Made by a program: the position numbers and the translations under genes
The notes under the pieces: model-generated
Database searches by the model: none
Seen by the model: only the letters and a program-made list of their open reading frames with translations
Told to the model about the DNA's origin: nothing
IMG/VR virus record: IMGVR_UViG_3300025133_000099
Coordinates: 1-63,511 of that record
Source: a virus
Taxonomy: Duplodnaviria > Caudoviricetes
Direction: 5' to 3' (one strand)
DNA: 63,511 nt
Shown here: positions 19,106-29,145 of the stretch, piece after piece
Layout of the letters: each line of letters starts with the position of its first letter
Numbering within the stretch: the first letter of the stretch is position 1

Positions 19106-19115
19106 TCATCAATCC

Positions 19116-20312
19116 TCAAGTAATCTTGGTCGACGAGTACATCGTCGGTTGAAGCGTCCCGCTGAATGAGGCTGACCAAGCATAGCTTCCCGTAGATCCG
19201 ACGCCTGTGCCAGCGACATCTGCATCTGCATCTGCCTTGGAGTCGTAGATGTAAACGGTTCCAGCGGTCGGCACGTTGGCCGCATTCCACGCTGTGTAAA
19301 CTACGCGCATGTTGCTTTGTCGCAGGCCAAGGATTCGACGGATGCCATCGCCAAAGGTGCCACCTGTGGTGTGGGCAGACATCGCCTCGTCCCACATGGC
19401 AGCAGCAGACGCTGTTGGCTGGGCCATTTGGACAAACGCAAAGTCGTTTGTCGAGATTGCGATTGTCGTCGAACCTGTGTCGACTGTGACGAGTTGCAAG
19501 AAGTCGCCGCTTCCGTCGTTTTGCACCGAAGCTACCTTGTAGAATGCACCGCCTGTCGCTGTTCGCAAAGCGCATGTCAAGCCTACAAGAGCATTAGCGT
19601 CGGCTGTCGCAGGAGTTGGTACGTTGGCCGCGTACACCTTTCCGACACCGTTGGTGATTGTCGACGTAAACCGCCCGTCAGGAGTAGCACCTGTCTGCAT
19701 CACCTGAGAGAGAATCAAGTCGTGTACGTCTTTGCCCGCCTGCCCTGCAACAGAGAATCCACCGATATTCGCTTCCCAAACCGCTGTTGCGATCTCGGCA
19801 GCCGCGTCTGCGGCAAGCTCAAGCGAACCAAAGGCGTCTGTTGCAATCGAGCCTGCGTCGATTGAGTCTGTGTTGCAGTGGTGGACGAGTACCCCCTCAC
19901 CGAATGTCCCAACGCCTGTGTAGTCTGCGCGGTTATCTGCCCAAGCTGGCAGGTTTGTGACATGAACGCGCATGTGTTCGAGGATGCCGTTCGACGGATC
20001 GGTCATGATCACAAAATAGCCATCTTGCGCTTCATCGGCGGGTCGCGTGCATTTTCCCGCTGGAATCTGGTAGTGGTGGACACCTTGAACGACTGTAGCG
20101 CCGTAAGTCACTTGAGGCATCGCAAAGTCAATGCGTGTCCCGCTTGCGAAAGCTGTGCCGTTCCACCACTGCTGATCGAAGATGCGGCAAATCGCGAACT
20201 CAGGCGTGCCTGTAACTGGGACGCCTCCCATGACAAGCTCAAGCATAAAATCGAGGTTGTACCAGTGTCGTGTGCATTGTCTCATGTGTCTTTCCTCTAA
20301 TACTTGCGGCAA
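19116..20312 (-). CDS. Probable virion/fibre-associated protein with repeated A(V/M)W(D/E)...G(T/Q)(F/A)G motifs
   Basis: AWADNRADYTGVGTFGE, AVWEANIGGFSVAGQAG, AMWDEAMSAHTTGGTFGD; start uncertain. Confidence 0.55.
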   Translation of the reverse strand: MPQVLEERHMRQCTRHWYNLDFMLELVMGGVPVTGTPEFAICRIFDQQWWNGTAFASGTRIDFAMPQVTYGATVVQGVHHYQIPAGKCTRPADEAQDGYFVIMTDPSNGILEHMRVHVTNLPAWADNRADYTGVGTFGEGVLVHHCNTDSIDAGSIATDAFGSLELAADAAAEIATAVWEANIGGFSVAGQAGKDVHDLILSQVMQTGATPDGRFTSTITNGVGKVYAANVPTPATADANALVGLTCALRTATGGAFYKVASVQNDGSGDFLQLVTVDTGSTTIAISTNDFAFVQMAQPTASAAAMWDEAMSAHTTGGTFGDGIRRILGLRQSNMRVVYTAWNAANVPTAGTVYIYDSKADADADVAGTGVGSTGSYAWSASFSGTLQPTMYSSTKIT

Positions 20313-20551
20313 TGCTGGCGGTCACGGTGACCTGCATTCCATAGGGTTGATCCTCCGCTCCAACGATGCGTTGCACCTGTTGCGCGATGACCGTGTGAAG
20401 CTGTACTGATCCCCGCCCATTCTGGGACGGCTGCTGCTGGAACGACCTCGCTCAAGACCTCGACGATAGCTCCTGACGAGGTAGTAATCCACGCGGAAAC
20501 CACCATGCTCAGAACCTCGACAATAGCAGCAGATGATGTTGTATCAGCCAT
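20297..20551 (-). CDS. Small hypothetical protein with internal repeat TTSS(A/G)AIVEVLS
   Basis: Coupled to neighbouring genes. Confidence 0.5.
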   Translation of the reverse strand: MADTTSSAAIVEVLSMVVSAWITTSSGAIVEVLSEVVPAAAVPEWAGISTASHGHRATGATHRWSGGSTLWNAGHRDRQHCRKY

Positions 20552-21813
20552 TATGCCTTCTTCAAGCCGATGACGAGGTTGTCTAAATCAGCCCCTGTCC
20601 AGTCGCTTGTCGTTTGGGGGTTCTGAATCCAGAACTCAGAGATTAGGTGTTGAGCAGCTATGCCGCTTCCTGTCGATTTGAGATCCTTGGCTGCGCTGTC
20701 TGTGAACCCTGTTCCACCATTCCCTGAAATCTTGACATGGCCGATCAATCCGTTTTCAGCGGAGTAGCATGCGTTGATCACAGAAACTGCTGGGATTGTC
20801 GTCGGCGACCAAGCAGCGTTGACAACGCTCCGATCCTGCATGTTCACGCTGTAAGAGTCAGTAGCTGGAGACGACGCGATACTTGCCTCTAAATACTTAG
20901 CCGCGTCATATTCCTCTGGATTGTTTGACGCATGGCCGTTTACGTCTGTCCACGCCGCGCCTACTGGTGATCCTACGCTTGTCCCAGCCCGTGCAAAGCC
21001 ACCAAGACTATCGTTGTCGTTGGGCATGAGTCCTTGAATAAACTTGGCGTTTAGGCCAGAACTCAAGTCAGCTAAAGTATCGTAGACGACAATATGGTCG
21101 AACTTGGCATTTGACGTTTCTTGTTGAAATCCAATCTTGTCCGTCGCGTGGGCAGGCGAGGTTAGGAAGTTGTCGAGCTTACCAAGATGCTCGATCTCTT
21201 TCACGCCGTCAACGTACATGACGAAACGTCCAGAGACATTGTGCTGCTTCACCTCAATGACTACATGGTGCCAATCATTGACATCAAAGCACCGTGTCGT
21301 GCTGTTGATGGTCGTATAGGTGGGTACGCCACCAGCTTCACCTGTTGATAGCTTCACAGCTACTTTACAGTCTGTGATACCGCCTCCGCCGCCAGTTTGT
21401 TGAGTAAACTCAAACAAGCGGAAAGTGTTGCCTGAAACCGAGTTATCTTGGGCAAAGGCGAGCATCCTGTTTCCACCGACCTGAGCGAGACTCATGAGGC
21501 GGTATGAAAACGAAATAACGTAAGACGTCAATCCGTCGTTTGCTGGATTACCGTCCAAAGCATCGGCGGGGGTTTGTAGCTCGACCCAGTGGTTCAGTGC
21601 GTCTGGCGTAAGAAAAAGACACTTACCACCACCACCGTAGCCAGCAGCAGGCTGGTGCGAGTCGCTGTGGTCGGTGAGGCATGACCCTGCAAAAAGGGCT
21701 GGTGAGTGAAGGCCCAAGTAGGTAGACGACGCTACACCTGTCCAAAAGCTATCGAGATAGCCGTTAGATGGTACATCGACCTCAAAACCCCACATGAACG
21801 CCAGCGCCATCAC
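20551..21813 (-). CDS. LamG/concanavalin A-like domain virion protein
   Basis: DWHHVVIEV...FVMYVDG...FDHIVVYD. Confidence 0.65.
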   Translation of the reverse strand: MMALAFMWGFEVDVPSNGYLDSFWTGVASSTYLGLHSPALFAGSCLTDHSDSHQPAAGYGGGGKCLFLTPDALNHWVELQTPADALDGNPANDGLTSYVISFSYRLMSLAQVGGNRMLAFAQDNSVSGNTFRLFEFTQQTGGGGGITDCKVAVKLSTGEAGGVPTYTTINSTTRCFDVNDWHHVVIEVKQHNVSGRFVMYVDGVKEIEHLGKLDNFLTSPAHATDKIGFQQETSNAKFDHIVVYDTLADLSSGLNAKFIQGLMPNDNDSLGGFARAGTSVGSPVGAAWTDVNGHASNNPEEYDAAKYLEASIASSPATDSYSVNMQDRSVVNAAWSPTTIPAVSVINACYSAENGLIGHVKISGNGGTGFTDSAAKDLKSTGSGIAAQHLISEFWIQNPQTTSDWTGADLDNLVIGLKKA

Positions 21814-22274
21814 GACCTCCTAAACGCTGAAACGACGCAAACGTCGTTGGAAGTAGGAGCAGCTACGCCATCGCCGTAGACGACAATCCGCATGAACCGC
21901 CCGTGTGCAGGAGTTGTGAACGTCCACCCTTCACCGTTGTAGGCGGGTGCCACCTTTGCTGGGGATGCCGCTTTGTACACAGTCTGCTCGAATCGCGCAG
22001 CGGCAGTGTCCCATGTCTCTACATTGACCTCACGAACATCTTCGTCGGCTGCTGGGTAGCCTGCTGGCGGTGTTGTGCTGCCCGAATACTGCTCAAACTG
22101 GGCGACGATTGCTGTGAGGTTTACCGCAGCATCTAAAGTGACTGTCCAGTCGACCCACGACCAGCCTCTGGTATCAATCCACAGGGAAGCAATCGGAGTT
22201 GCGGCTATGCCGATATTTGTTGCAACCATGACCGACGTTTTTTCTGTGTCAGTTGCGTTCATTGTCCTGTTCAT
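21810..22274 (-). CDS. Small beta-rich virion protein
   Basis: Position in the tail module; GRFMRIVVY resembles GHYMRFRP of 39155-39682. Confidence 0.55.
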   Translation of the reverse strand: MNRTMNATDTEKTSVMVATNIGIAATPIASLWIDTRGWSWVDWTVTLDAAVNLTAIVAQFEQYSGSTTPPAGYPAADEDVREVNVETWDTAAARFEQTVYKAASPAKVAPAYNGEGWTFTTPAHGRFMRIVVYGDGVAAPTSNDVCVVSAFRRS

Positions 22275-22276
22275 GA

Positions 22277-23890
22277 TTAGGCTCCTGTAACCGTGATTCG
22301 ATCTGACGAGGTTCTGGCGATGTCGCCTTCCCCCAAAATGTTGTTTGTAAGGACGATAGCCGTGCCTGCGCTGTCCGTGAATGTCACATCGAACACACCC
22401 TCGACCGTCTGGCAGGCGTAGATCAGTTCGCTGGCGATCACATCAGCATTGATCCCAAGACCATTGACGTAACCCTCGATTGCTGAGGCGACCGACGCGG
22501 TAACGGTGCTTGCTGTGTAGCCAGACTCGACGACAATCGTGACGTAGTACGTCTGCCAGAAAACCGTAGGAGGGTAAACCTTGACGTAGGTTCCCGCCGC
22601 TCGGTATCCAGGGTAGCTCTCACGGTCGTCAGGATCACCGTCGATGATCTTCTGCGCTTCGAGCAGCAACCCTTCGTAGTGTGTATAAACGGCAGCTACG
22701 GAGTCTCCAGCTTGTAGCCCTCCGACACCAGATGCTGCTGTCGCTGCGTCTGGGATCGTGCTGGGGCCGCCTGTGTACAGCGTCACAACGCCTGTCGCGT
22801 AGTTCAGGATGAAGTCGTAAGTTCCTGCTGCGCTGGAGGGGTCGCCCTCTGTCAGTTGAACGACGACCTCACCGCCGCCAAGCGTCGTCGCACCTGTGGC
22901 GTAAGTTCCGCCGCTGTCGTACCACCACACTTGCGCCGAGCCATCGTCTATCAAGGCACCTTTGTCGAGGCGCACGCGAATCTCGCCGCCCGATGCAGGG
23001 CCGATAACGCTGTCTGCTGGCGTGAGGGTCGACGCTGGAGTCGTGCCGAGTAAGGCTGCTTCGATACTGTCCGTGACGCCGTCGCCGTCGCTATCAGTAG
23101 TGTCTACAATCGAAACTGTGCGCTCGATTGTGCCGTTGCCGTCACCGCAATAGACCTTGACATGACCCAAATAAGGCTCTGGTTCTTCCCACACCTGAAC
23201 GACGTTGATCCGTCCGTAATCGTCGAGCGTCGTTCCGAGAACGGCGAACCGTATAGCGTCAGGTGTTCCCCGCGCCAGTGATCTCAAGTAAGACTTGATA
23301 CGCTCACGCAGTTGGGCATCAGTTTCTTGGTCTTGGCCTCCACGCATTGCAGTTGTATTTGTGACGCTGTCAGCGCCTGCAATCGGTATGGTTAGCTCAA
23401 CGACTGAGGCGATGTCAGCATTCGCAGCTACCCCTACTGAGACGGCTACTGCCGAAACGGGCGTACTTGTCTCGTCACCCATCGCAAAGTTAGAAGCTGT
23501 CGCTGTCAGGTAGGCTGGTTCGCCGCCTGCGACAGATACTTTGGTGTTGTACGGGATTGTCACTACCCCTGTTGCGGCAGCCGCTGCTTCCGCACTACGA
23601 ATAAAGTGGACGATGCCCGTGGCGTATGTCGCTGCTTTTCTGACGATCTCATCTGGATTGCAGTCGGCTGCCCGCGCATCAAGGTCTTCACCTGATGCTG
23701 TGTCAATGTCCCAAAGATCCTGCAAGGCGACAATCTGGTAGGAGATGTCGTCAAGTTCGCGAGCGACGGCACCAAGGATTGTCGTCATGACTCCCCCTGA
23801 TTCCAAGTCTGTTAGCTCACTACGACCAACGGTTCGGTGGAGCATCCGCTCAAAGAAGTCTTTGAATGATCTTGGCTGAAACTGAGGCAT
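22277..23890 (-). CDS. Baseplate J-like wedge protein
   Basis: ASGEDLDARAAD...RKAATYATG, GGQDQETDAQLRERI, LARGTPDAI, YVNGLGIN. Confidence 0.9.
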   Translation of the reverse strand: MPQFQPRSFKDFFERMLHRTVGRSELTDLESGGVMTTILGAVARELDDISYQIVALQDLWDIDTASGEDLDARAADCNPDEIVRKAATYATGIVHFIRSAEAAAAATGVVTIPYNTKVSVAGGEPAYLTATASNFAMGDETSTPVSAVAVSVGVAANADIASVVELTIPIAGADSVTNTTAMRGGQDQETDAQLRERIKSYLRSLARGTPDAIRFAVLGTTLDDYGRINVVQVWEEPEPYLGHVKVYCGDGNGTIERTVSIVDTTDSDGDGVTDSIEAALLGTTPASTLTPADSVIGPASGGEIRVRLDKGALIDDGSAQVWWYDSGGTYATGATTLGGGEVVVQLTEGDPSSAAGTYDFILNYATGVVTLYTGGPSTIPDAATAASGVGGLQAGDSVAAVYTHYEGLLLEAQKIIDGDPDDRESYPGYRAAGTYVKVYPPTVFWQTYYVTIVVESGYTASTVTASVASAIEGYVNGLGINADVIASELIYACQTVEGVFDVTFTDSAGTAIVLTNNILGEGDIARTSSDRITVTGA

Positions 23891-23891
23891 A

Positions 23892-25679
23892 TTACACCAA
23901 CGCCATTGAAACAGTGAGTTCGTCCACTGCTCCGACTGGGAGCAGGTTTACGTCGAAATCGACAGCGTCGTCGGTGACCTCTGACTGCATTTGCAAAACT
24001 CGCTGGATTCGTGAATCACGCTTGAGCGTTCGACGCAGTCCTGCGCGTAGCTTTGATTCAGTCGTTCCAACAGCATTTTTGCCGATTACGTCAGGCATCC
24101 CATACCCTTGATCCAGAAGAAAAGTTCCGTGTGGTGTCCATACTCTAAGCTGTACAGCTTGCACCAGATTATCAACTCCACCGATTGTCGCCAAGTCTTT
24201 ACCTGACTTGGGTTCTATTTTTAGGTCAACTTGCGGCCTTCCGGGGCGGCTTCCAGTCGTTTCGAGAAGCATGATGTCACGCCCGTACAGCGCCTCTGCT
24301 GTCCTTTTAGACGACAATGAGGACGTTGAAGATTCCTGCCCCATCGTCGGCAACAATATCTTGTCTCCGACACCCATCGTTCCGGGAAGCCCACTGGAGC
24401 TAATGTACGGCGCGGTCAGATTGTTCAAAATCGCGATGTGGTGCCACTTTGCCGTCGAAAGCAGTTGAGTTGCTGCAATGCTCTGGAGCGTGTCGCCGTG
24501 AACGATAGTGTACGGTCGTGTTGCCGTGTAAGAAAGCACATCACGGGCTGTGGCGTGCATCGTCGGCGCAGGCAAGCCGTCTGGTGGCGAACCAGAACTC
24601 GCATTAGCCGCTTGACGCGCTGTGCGGGTTCCAACTTTTTCTTCAGATTCTTCACCGACGGCGGCCATCGCGTCCATTGCATCCATCGCGCTGCCGAGAG
24701 CGACTTTTGCTGAATCTGGGATTGTCGTCGATGATCGAGATTCTCCAAACGCCTTTTCAGCCATCTCCGCTGCTTTCTTTGCAGTCTCACGCCCCATCTC
24801 AGCAGTTCGCTTTCCATTTTTTTCAAAGTCTTTCCATGCGTCTACGCAGCGATTGACCTCTTCCAGAACGCTGTCATAGATCGCGATAATATGTCTGAGT
24901 TCCCCTGCCATTTTTGACAAAGTCAAAGCAGCGTCTGTGCCGAGAGCTACTGCCTTTCGCGCTACACGACCAGCCTTCTTAGCCAGCCCCATGATGTCGG
25001 CAAGATCGGGGATTCCTGGTTTCAGGGGAACTGCATCAGCATCGCCGATTGCGCGTAGAGTCAGTTTGGCTGGGTAGGCCATGGGGTTGCTGGTGGCGCG
25101 GTTGACATCGACTTTCATTGGAACGACAGTCAGATGCGTGCCTGTCTTGAAGTCGTGCCACACCATCCGCGTACCGTGCGAATAGCTGCTGTCTGCCTTT
25201 AGCTCGTGGTAGCGGTCAAAGACATGCGCCAGCATGCGTGCTGTCCACTTTGGCCCTGACAGCCCCGTAAACCACGGTAGAACCCGCCTATGATCGTCGG
25301 CTAAGTCCCGCGATGACGTAGTGTCGTAGCCCTTTTTCGGTGCGATGCCAAAGTTGACATCAACGGTCATATCAATGTACGCCAACCCGCGTTCTTCGGC
25401 GACAATCCCACCGAGCGTCAACGCCGTGCTTTGGCGGTAAACCCTCTGCATCGTTAGGTTTTGCAAGCCGTTAGGGAACAGAAACGTCATTGTGCCGTCG
25501 TCCAGACCGTCCGAGTGAATCGAAATACCGTAGTGATCCTCCTTCGTGTACCAGCTATCGTCATTTGAAATACGACGGGCAGCTTCGAGCAAGCGGGCTA
25601 TCTGCCCGACAGCCATCCCGTTCAGCGGTCGCCACGGCTGCGTGTGCGGTGGGTAGCCTATGAAATCACCAAGTGCCAT
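23892..25679 (-). CDS. Baseplate protein: N-terminal domain + LysM + C-terminal gp25/gpW-like domain
   Basis: YTIVHGDTLQSIAATQL...IAILNNL (LysM); GVDNLVQAVQLRVWTPHGT...YG...LKRDSRIQRV (gp25-like). Confidence 0.75.
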   Translation of the reverse strand: MALGDFIGYPPHTQPWRPLNGMAVGQIARLLEAARRISNDDSWYTKEDHYGISIHSDGLDDGTMTFLFPNGLQNLTMQRVYRQSTALTLGGIVAEERGLAYIDMTVDVNFGIAPKKGYDTTSSRDLADDHRRVLPWFTGLSGPKWTARMLAHVFDRYHELKADSSYSHGTRMVWHDFKTGTHLTVVPMKVDVNRATSNPMAYPAKLTLRAIGDADAVPLKPGIPDLADIMGLAKKAGRVARKAVALGTDAALTLSKMAGELRHIIAIYDSVLEEVNRCVDAWKDFEKNGKRTAEMGRETAKKAAEMAEKAFGESRSSTTIPDSAKVALGSAMDAMDAMAAVGEESEEKVGTRTARQAANASSGSPPDGLPAPTMHATARDVLSYTATRPYTIVHGDTLQSIAATQLLSTAKWHHIAILNNLTAPYISSSGLPGTMGVGDKILLPTMGQESSTSSLSSKRTAEALYGRDIMLLETTGSRPGRPQVDLKIEPKSGKDLATIGGVDNLVQAVQLRVWTPHGTFLLDQGYGMPDVIGKNAVGTTESKLRAGLRRTLKRDSRIQRVLQMQSEVTDDAVDFDVNLLPVGAVDELTVSMALV

Positions 25680-25688
25680 TGCTTCCTC

Positions 25689-25973
25689 CTACTCGACAGT
25701 TGTACTGATTACGGAGCCACTTGCCGAGTAGAGGACATTGTCGACGTTGATCGAAATCGCCTCATAAATAGCACCTGAATCCTCGTTCCCTGTGAACCCC
25801 ACACTTAGATTGTCTTTCAAGTGAGCGACAATCGCGGTAGCTACGGAACCCCACACAGCCTCTTTGGACTCTGTCGCCAGATTTTCGTTGTCTGCGCTTT
25901 TGTCGATGCTCCCCATTGCAGTGTCAATAGCACTAATGATGTCATCTCTCAATGTAGTTGCGTTCATTGCCAT
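25689..25973 (-). CDS. Small baseplate-region protein
   Basis: Coupled to the spike gene; VATAIVAHLK. Confidence 0.6.
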   Translation of the reverse strand: MAMNATTLRDDIISAIDTAMGSIDKSADNENLATESKEAVWGSVATAIVAHLKDNLSVGFTGNEDSGAIYEAISINVDNVLYSASGSVISTTVE

Positions 25974-27061
25974 CAGTCTGTCTCCAAGGTCGATGCTGCG
26001 TAGTTCTTGCCAGTCGTGCCAGTAGTCACCGCGCCTGAAACGCCGCCTGCCAAACCCACGACAGTTGACGGTGAGTCGATAAACGAGATTCCAGGAATAG
26101 CCGTGCCAAACAAGGCACCTGCGACGGCGATTGTCGGCATGTACTCAGCAAGAACCTTGGCAATGTCGATACGCGCTGTATCGAGCAGTACAGGCTGAAC
26201 GCCTGTGACGGTGCCAGCAGTGTTCCCTGTCACTGATACCTTTCCAGCGGCTCCTGTCGTGATGTTGACGTTCCCGTCAGCACCGACTGTGATTACTGAG
26301 TCGCCAGCTACGATTGTCGTCGCAGTATCGTCTACTCGCACAGTAGATGCGTTCGACTTGATCTCGAACGTCGGGTTCCCTGAAGCTGTGTATTGGCCGT
26401 CAGATTCATTGTAGCGGTAGCCACGGGTCTGGCCGCGAATGTCGATGACGACCTTGCCTTGGTCTTCAACTTGAAACTCATTGCCGCGAACCAAAGCACG
26501 CATTTTGTAGTGGGTGCCATCAGCGATTGTCGCGTGATGCGGAGTGCGTGGATGGGGCAACGACCCGATGATTACAGGCTTTTTCATGTCGTTGTCGAGG
26601 AAGGCGACAACGACGCAATCAGCTTCAGTGTCGTGCGGCAGCGTCTGCTCATTCAGATCACCGCCTGCGATGTTGTGTTCGACGGCGCGGGGAACCCACT
26701 GGAACCGTTCGGCAATCCCCCACGCAGTGGTCAGGATCGGAACCGCTTGAAGCAAGCCCAGCGTCTGAGGACTTTCCGTGATCATAACGTCACAGAGAAT
26801 ACCGCTGACAACGTCGCCTAAATGCGCGACGGGTGAGTCGTTCGGTGAGTATTCCTCCGTTGTACTTGTCTTCGTCGTGGGGTAGTAGATTTGCTTGACG
26901 TAACCCCGCACCATCAGCCCAGCATTGTAGCTTGCGCCCTTGATGGTTTTTTGGCTTGTAGAGCCGACTGTCGGTGTAGGCGAGCCTGCGCGTTTTGCTG
27001 CGTTGGCGAGTCGGTGGCCTTGCCCAAGTAGCTTCATAAAATCTTGTAGTTTTTCGCTCAT
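25973..27061 (-). CDS. Baseplate central spike (gpV/gp5 OB-fold-like)
   Basis: VVVAFLDNDMKKPVIIGSLP followed by beta-helix-like strands. Confidence 0.75.
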   Translation of the reverse strand: MSEKLQDFMKLLGQGHRLANAAKRAGSPTPTVGSTSQKTIKGASYNAGLMVRGYVKQIYYPTTKTSTTEEYSPNDSPVAHLGDVVSGILCDVMITESPQTLGLLQAVPILTTAWGIAERFQWVPRAVEHNIAGGDLNEQTLPHDTEADCVVVAFLDNDMKKPVIIGSLPHPRTPHHATIADGTHYKMRALVRGNEFQVEDQGKVVIDIRGQTRGYRYNESDGQYTASGNPTFEIKSNASTVRVDDTATTIVAGDSVITVGADGNVNITTGAAGKVSVTGNTAGTVTGVQPVLLDTARIDIAKVLAEYMPTIAVAGALFGTAIPGISFIDSPSTVVGLAGGVSGAVTTGTTGKNYAASTLETD

Positions 27062-29142
27062 GCCAATCCGTCCTCTGGTGGTTCGTCTGTTGGGACGGTA
27101 TTGATGCCGCCATCACCAGCCCATTCGACGGCATCGCCTGTCTGGGACTCCCCTGCTGTTCCCCAAGTTCTGGTGTTCTCCACGCTCGTCCAAAGCTCAC
27201 TTTGGGTGCGAATGTCAGGCAATCGATTCTTTTCGATGTAGCCGCGTGAGTAGCTGAGTTTTGTTGATACTGACGGGTTGATCCCACTCGACCAAGACCA
27301 CGCGACAGCGTGAACATACGCTGTAAATAACTCACCACTGTCGGCATCCTCGACGGTGGCAGTATGTGTCTCGATTTGCGGAGCGAAAGGCGCGTTGTCT
27401 GCGAACGCTACACGCTCCCAATCTGGGACGACAATCTTGGTTCCTGGGCGAAACTGAGCCATCACGCCAGCAAGGTCAATGTCTCCTTCCCAGTAGTAAG
27501 GCGCTAAGAACTGCCATTGGGCGTACTTGTCTCGGTATTCACCCAGAGTCTCGATTCCTGTACCAACAGTGCCACTTACGGCGTCTGTGAACAGAGGCGT
27601 GTCAACAACCTTTCGCTTCATGCCGTAGCGTTCAACAGATGCTGGGCAGTAGATAGGCGGGAACATCATGGCAGCAGCATGGTTGAGCGTCGGTGGTAGC
27701 TGCATCGTGACATGGATATGGTTGACACGATTTCCACCTCTATGCGCCGAAATAGACCTGATATACGGCGTCCAAACAGGCCATGCCGCCAGCCTGAACC
27801 AAGGTGATTCTTCAGCTTCGTGGAGATTCACAAAGGGCTTCTCTCTAAAATGCAAAAAGAGCCTGCGGTCATGGGAGACAGTTTCGTCAACATCCGCATC
27901 CTCACCCAACCCCCTGCCAGTATATGGAAGCGGGCTGGGTGGTTTGGTGTCAATCCACATTTCGTTGTATTCGGGATTCTGATAGCGTTGAGCAAGCTGC
28001 CAGAGGGGAGTATATTCGCCTACCTGCGTCAAATCCCACGCATGGATATACCCGAAAGTTTTATAGACATGTGTTGAGTCGAGTCCATACCAGAACGGGA
28101 AAACATCGTGACGAAAACCTGAGTCAAGTAGGTCGTCAGCACTCTCAGGAGAAAACAGTAAATATGGGCCTTCGATAACTCCATGATTAGGGAGCAAAGG
28201 CGGATACCCAAGCATAGCTTTTGAGTCACCACTGAGCGACAATACGAGGGATATGACCTCTCCCGGAGTTCCTCCGATGGTTCCAGCGGCTTGCAGGACT
28301 TGAGCCATGATCCGCCCGTTAGCGTTATTTGTCGCTGGATCATAGGGGTTGAAGTAAAGCGGCGTGTCTTGGAACACCCCTTGCGCGTCCCGTCCAGATA
28401 TTGAAAGGTCGTATGCGGGTTCGCCGCCGCTGCCTGACGCGACAGCCACATCGACAGAATCAATCCGCCCGATCATTAGCGTTTTCCAACCGTGTCCGAC
28501 ACGGGTGCTAAACGGTAGCCAGCTTTTGACGGTGATGTCCTCACCATCTTCCAACTGATCTGCGCCGTTCCAAACGCTTATGACGACAAAATCACCCTCA
28601 TCGACAAGGCTGTAAGCAGGTGGCGTGTGGTGTGCGTATTCGCTGGAAAACAAATCGGAAAGCCTCTCACCGCCAACGCCACCAGTGGGGCCGCCTTCAT
28701 AGCCGCCGATGGTCATGGTGCTTACAGTGCTCATGGCTGACGGTGCGCCATGTGCCTTCATCTTGACAGAAAACGTGCCCGCTGCTGCGTTCATATTTTT
28801 CGCTGCTTGGACATTCTCGACAGTCCCGACGATGCGGTCGATCATGTCTCCTGAGAACGCTGTTTTGAAATAGTCAACCCCCCTGAGCAGGCTGCGAATG
28901 TCGCCTGTTCCACCCTTCGACGCAAGCGTCGTATTCGCGAACGTCACGCATGCCGTGGCTTTTGCAAACGTCTTTCTCGTCGACGAAATGTTCCGCGTCT
29001 CAGGGAGTGTTTGCAGAAAATCGCCAAACTTGAATATCTCCACGCAGACTGCGTGCTGGTCTGAAATAACAGACGAGGTAGCGCCCGTCTGCCCAGTACC
29101 GTGCGCTGCCCACGTTGTATCTTCTCTAAAAATGTCAGCCAT
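27058..29142 (-). CDS. Baseplate hub (gp27/gpD-like)
   Basis: AGTFSVKM, LMIGRIDSV, ISGRD, PEYNEMWID, SVERYGMK; sits between the tape measure and spike genes. Confidence 0.7.
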   Translation of the reverse strand: MADIFREDTTWAAHGTGQTGATSSVISDQHAVCVEIFKFGDFLQTLPETRNISSTRKTFAKATACVTFANTTLASKGGTGDIRSLLRGVDYFKTAFSGDMIDRIVGTVENVQAAKNMNAAAGTFSVKMKAHGAPSAMSTVSTMTIGGYEGGPTGGVGGERLSDLFSSEYAHHTPPAYSLVDEGDFVVISVWNGADQLEDGEDITVKSWLPFSTRVGHGWKTLMIGRIDSVDVAVASGSGGEPAYDLSISGRDAQGVFQDTPLYFNPYDPATNNANGRIMAQVLQAAGTIGGTPGEVISLVLSLSGDSKAMLGYPPLLPNHGVIEGPYLLFSPESADDLLDSGFRHDVFPFWYGLDSTHVYKTFGYIHAWDLTQVGEYTPLWQLAQRYQNPEYNEMWIDTKPPSPLPYTGRGLGEDADVDETVSHDRRLFLHFREKPFVNLHEAEESPWFRLAAWPVWTPYIRSISAHRGGNRVNHIHVTMQLPPTLNHAAAMMFPPIYCPASVERYGMKRKVVDTPLFTDAVSGTVGTGIETLGEYRDKYAQWQFLAPYYWEGDIDLAGVMAQFRPGTKIVVPDWERVAFADNAPFAPQIETHTATVEDADSGELFTAYVHAVAWSWSSGINPSVSTKLSYSRGYIEKNRLPDIRTQSELWTSVENTRTWGTAGESQTGDAVEWAGDGGINTVPTDEPPEDGLA

Positions 29143-29145
29143 GAT

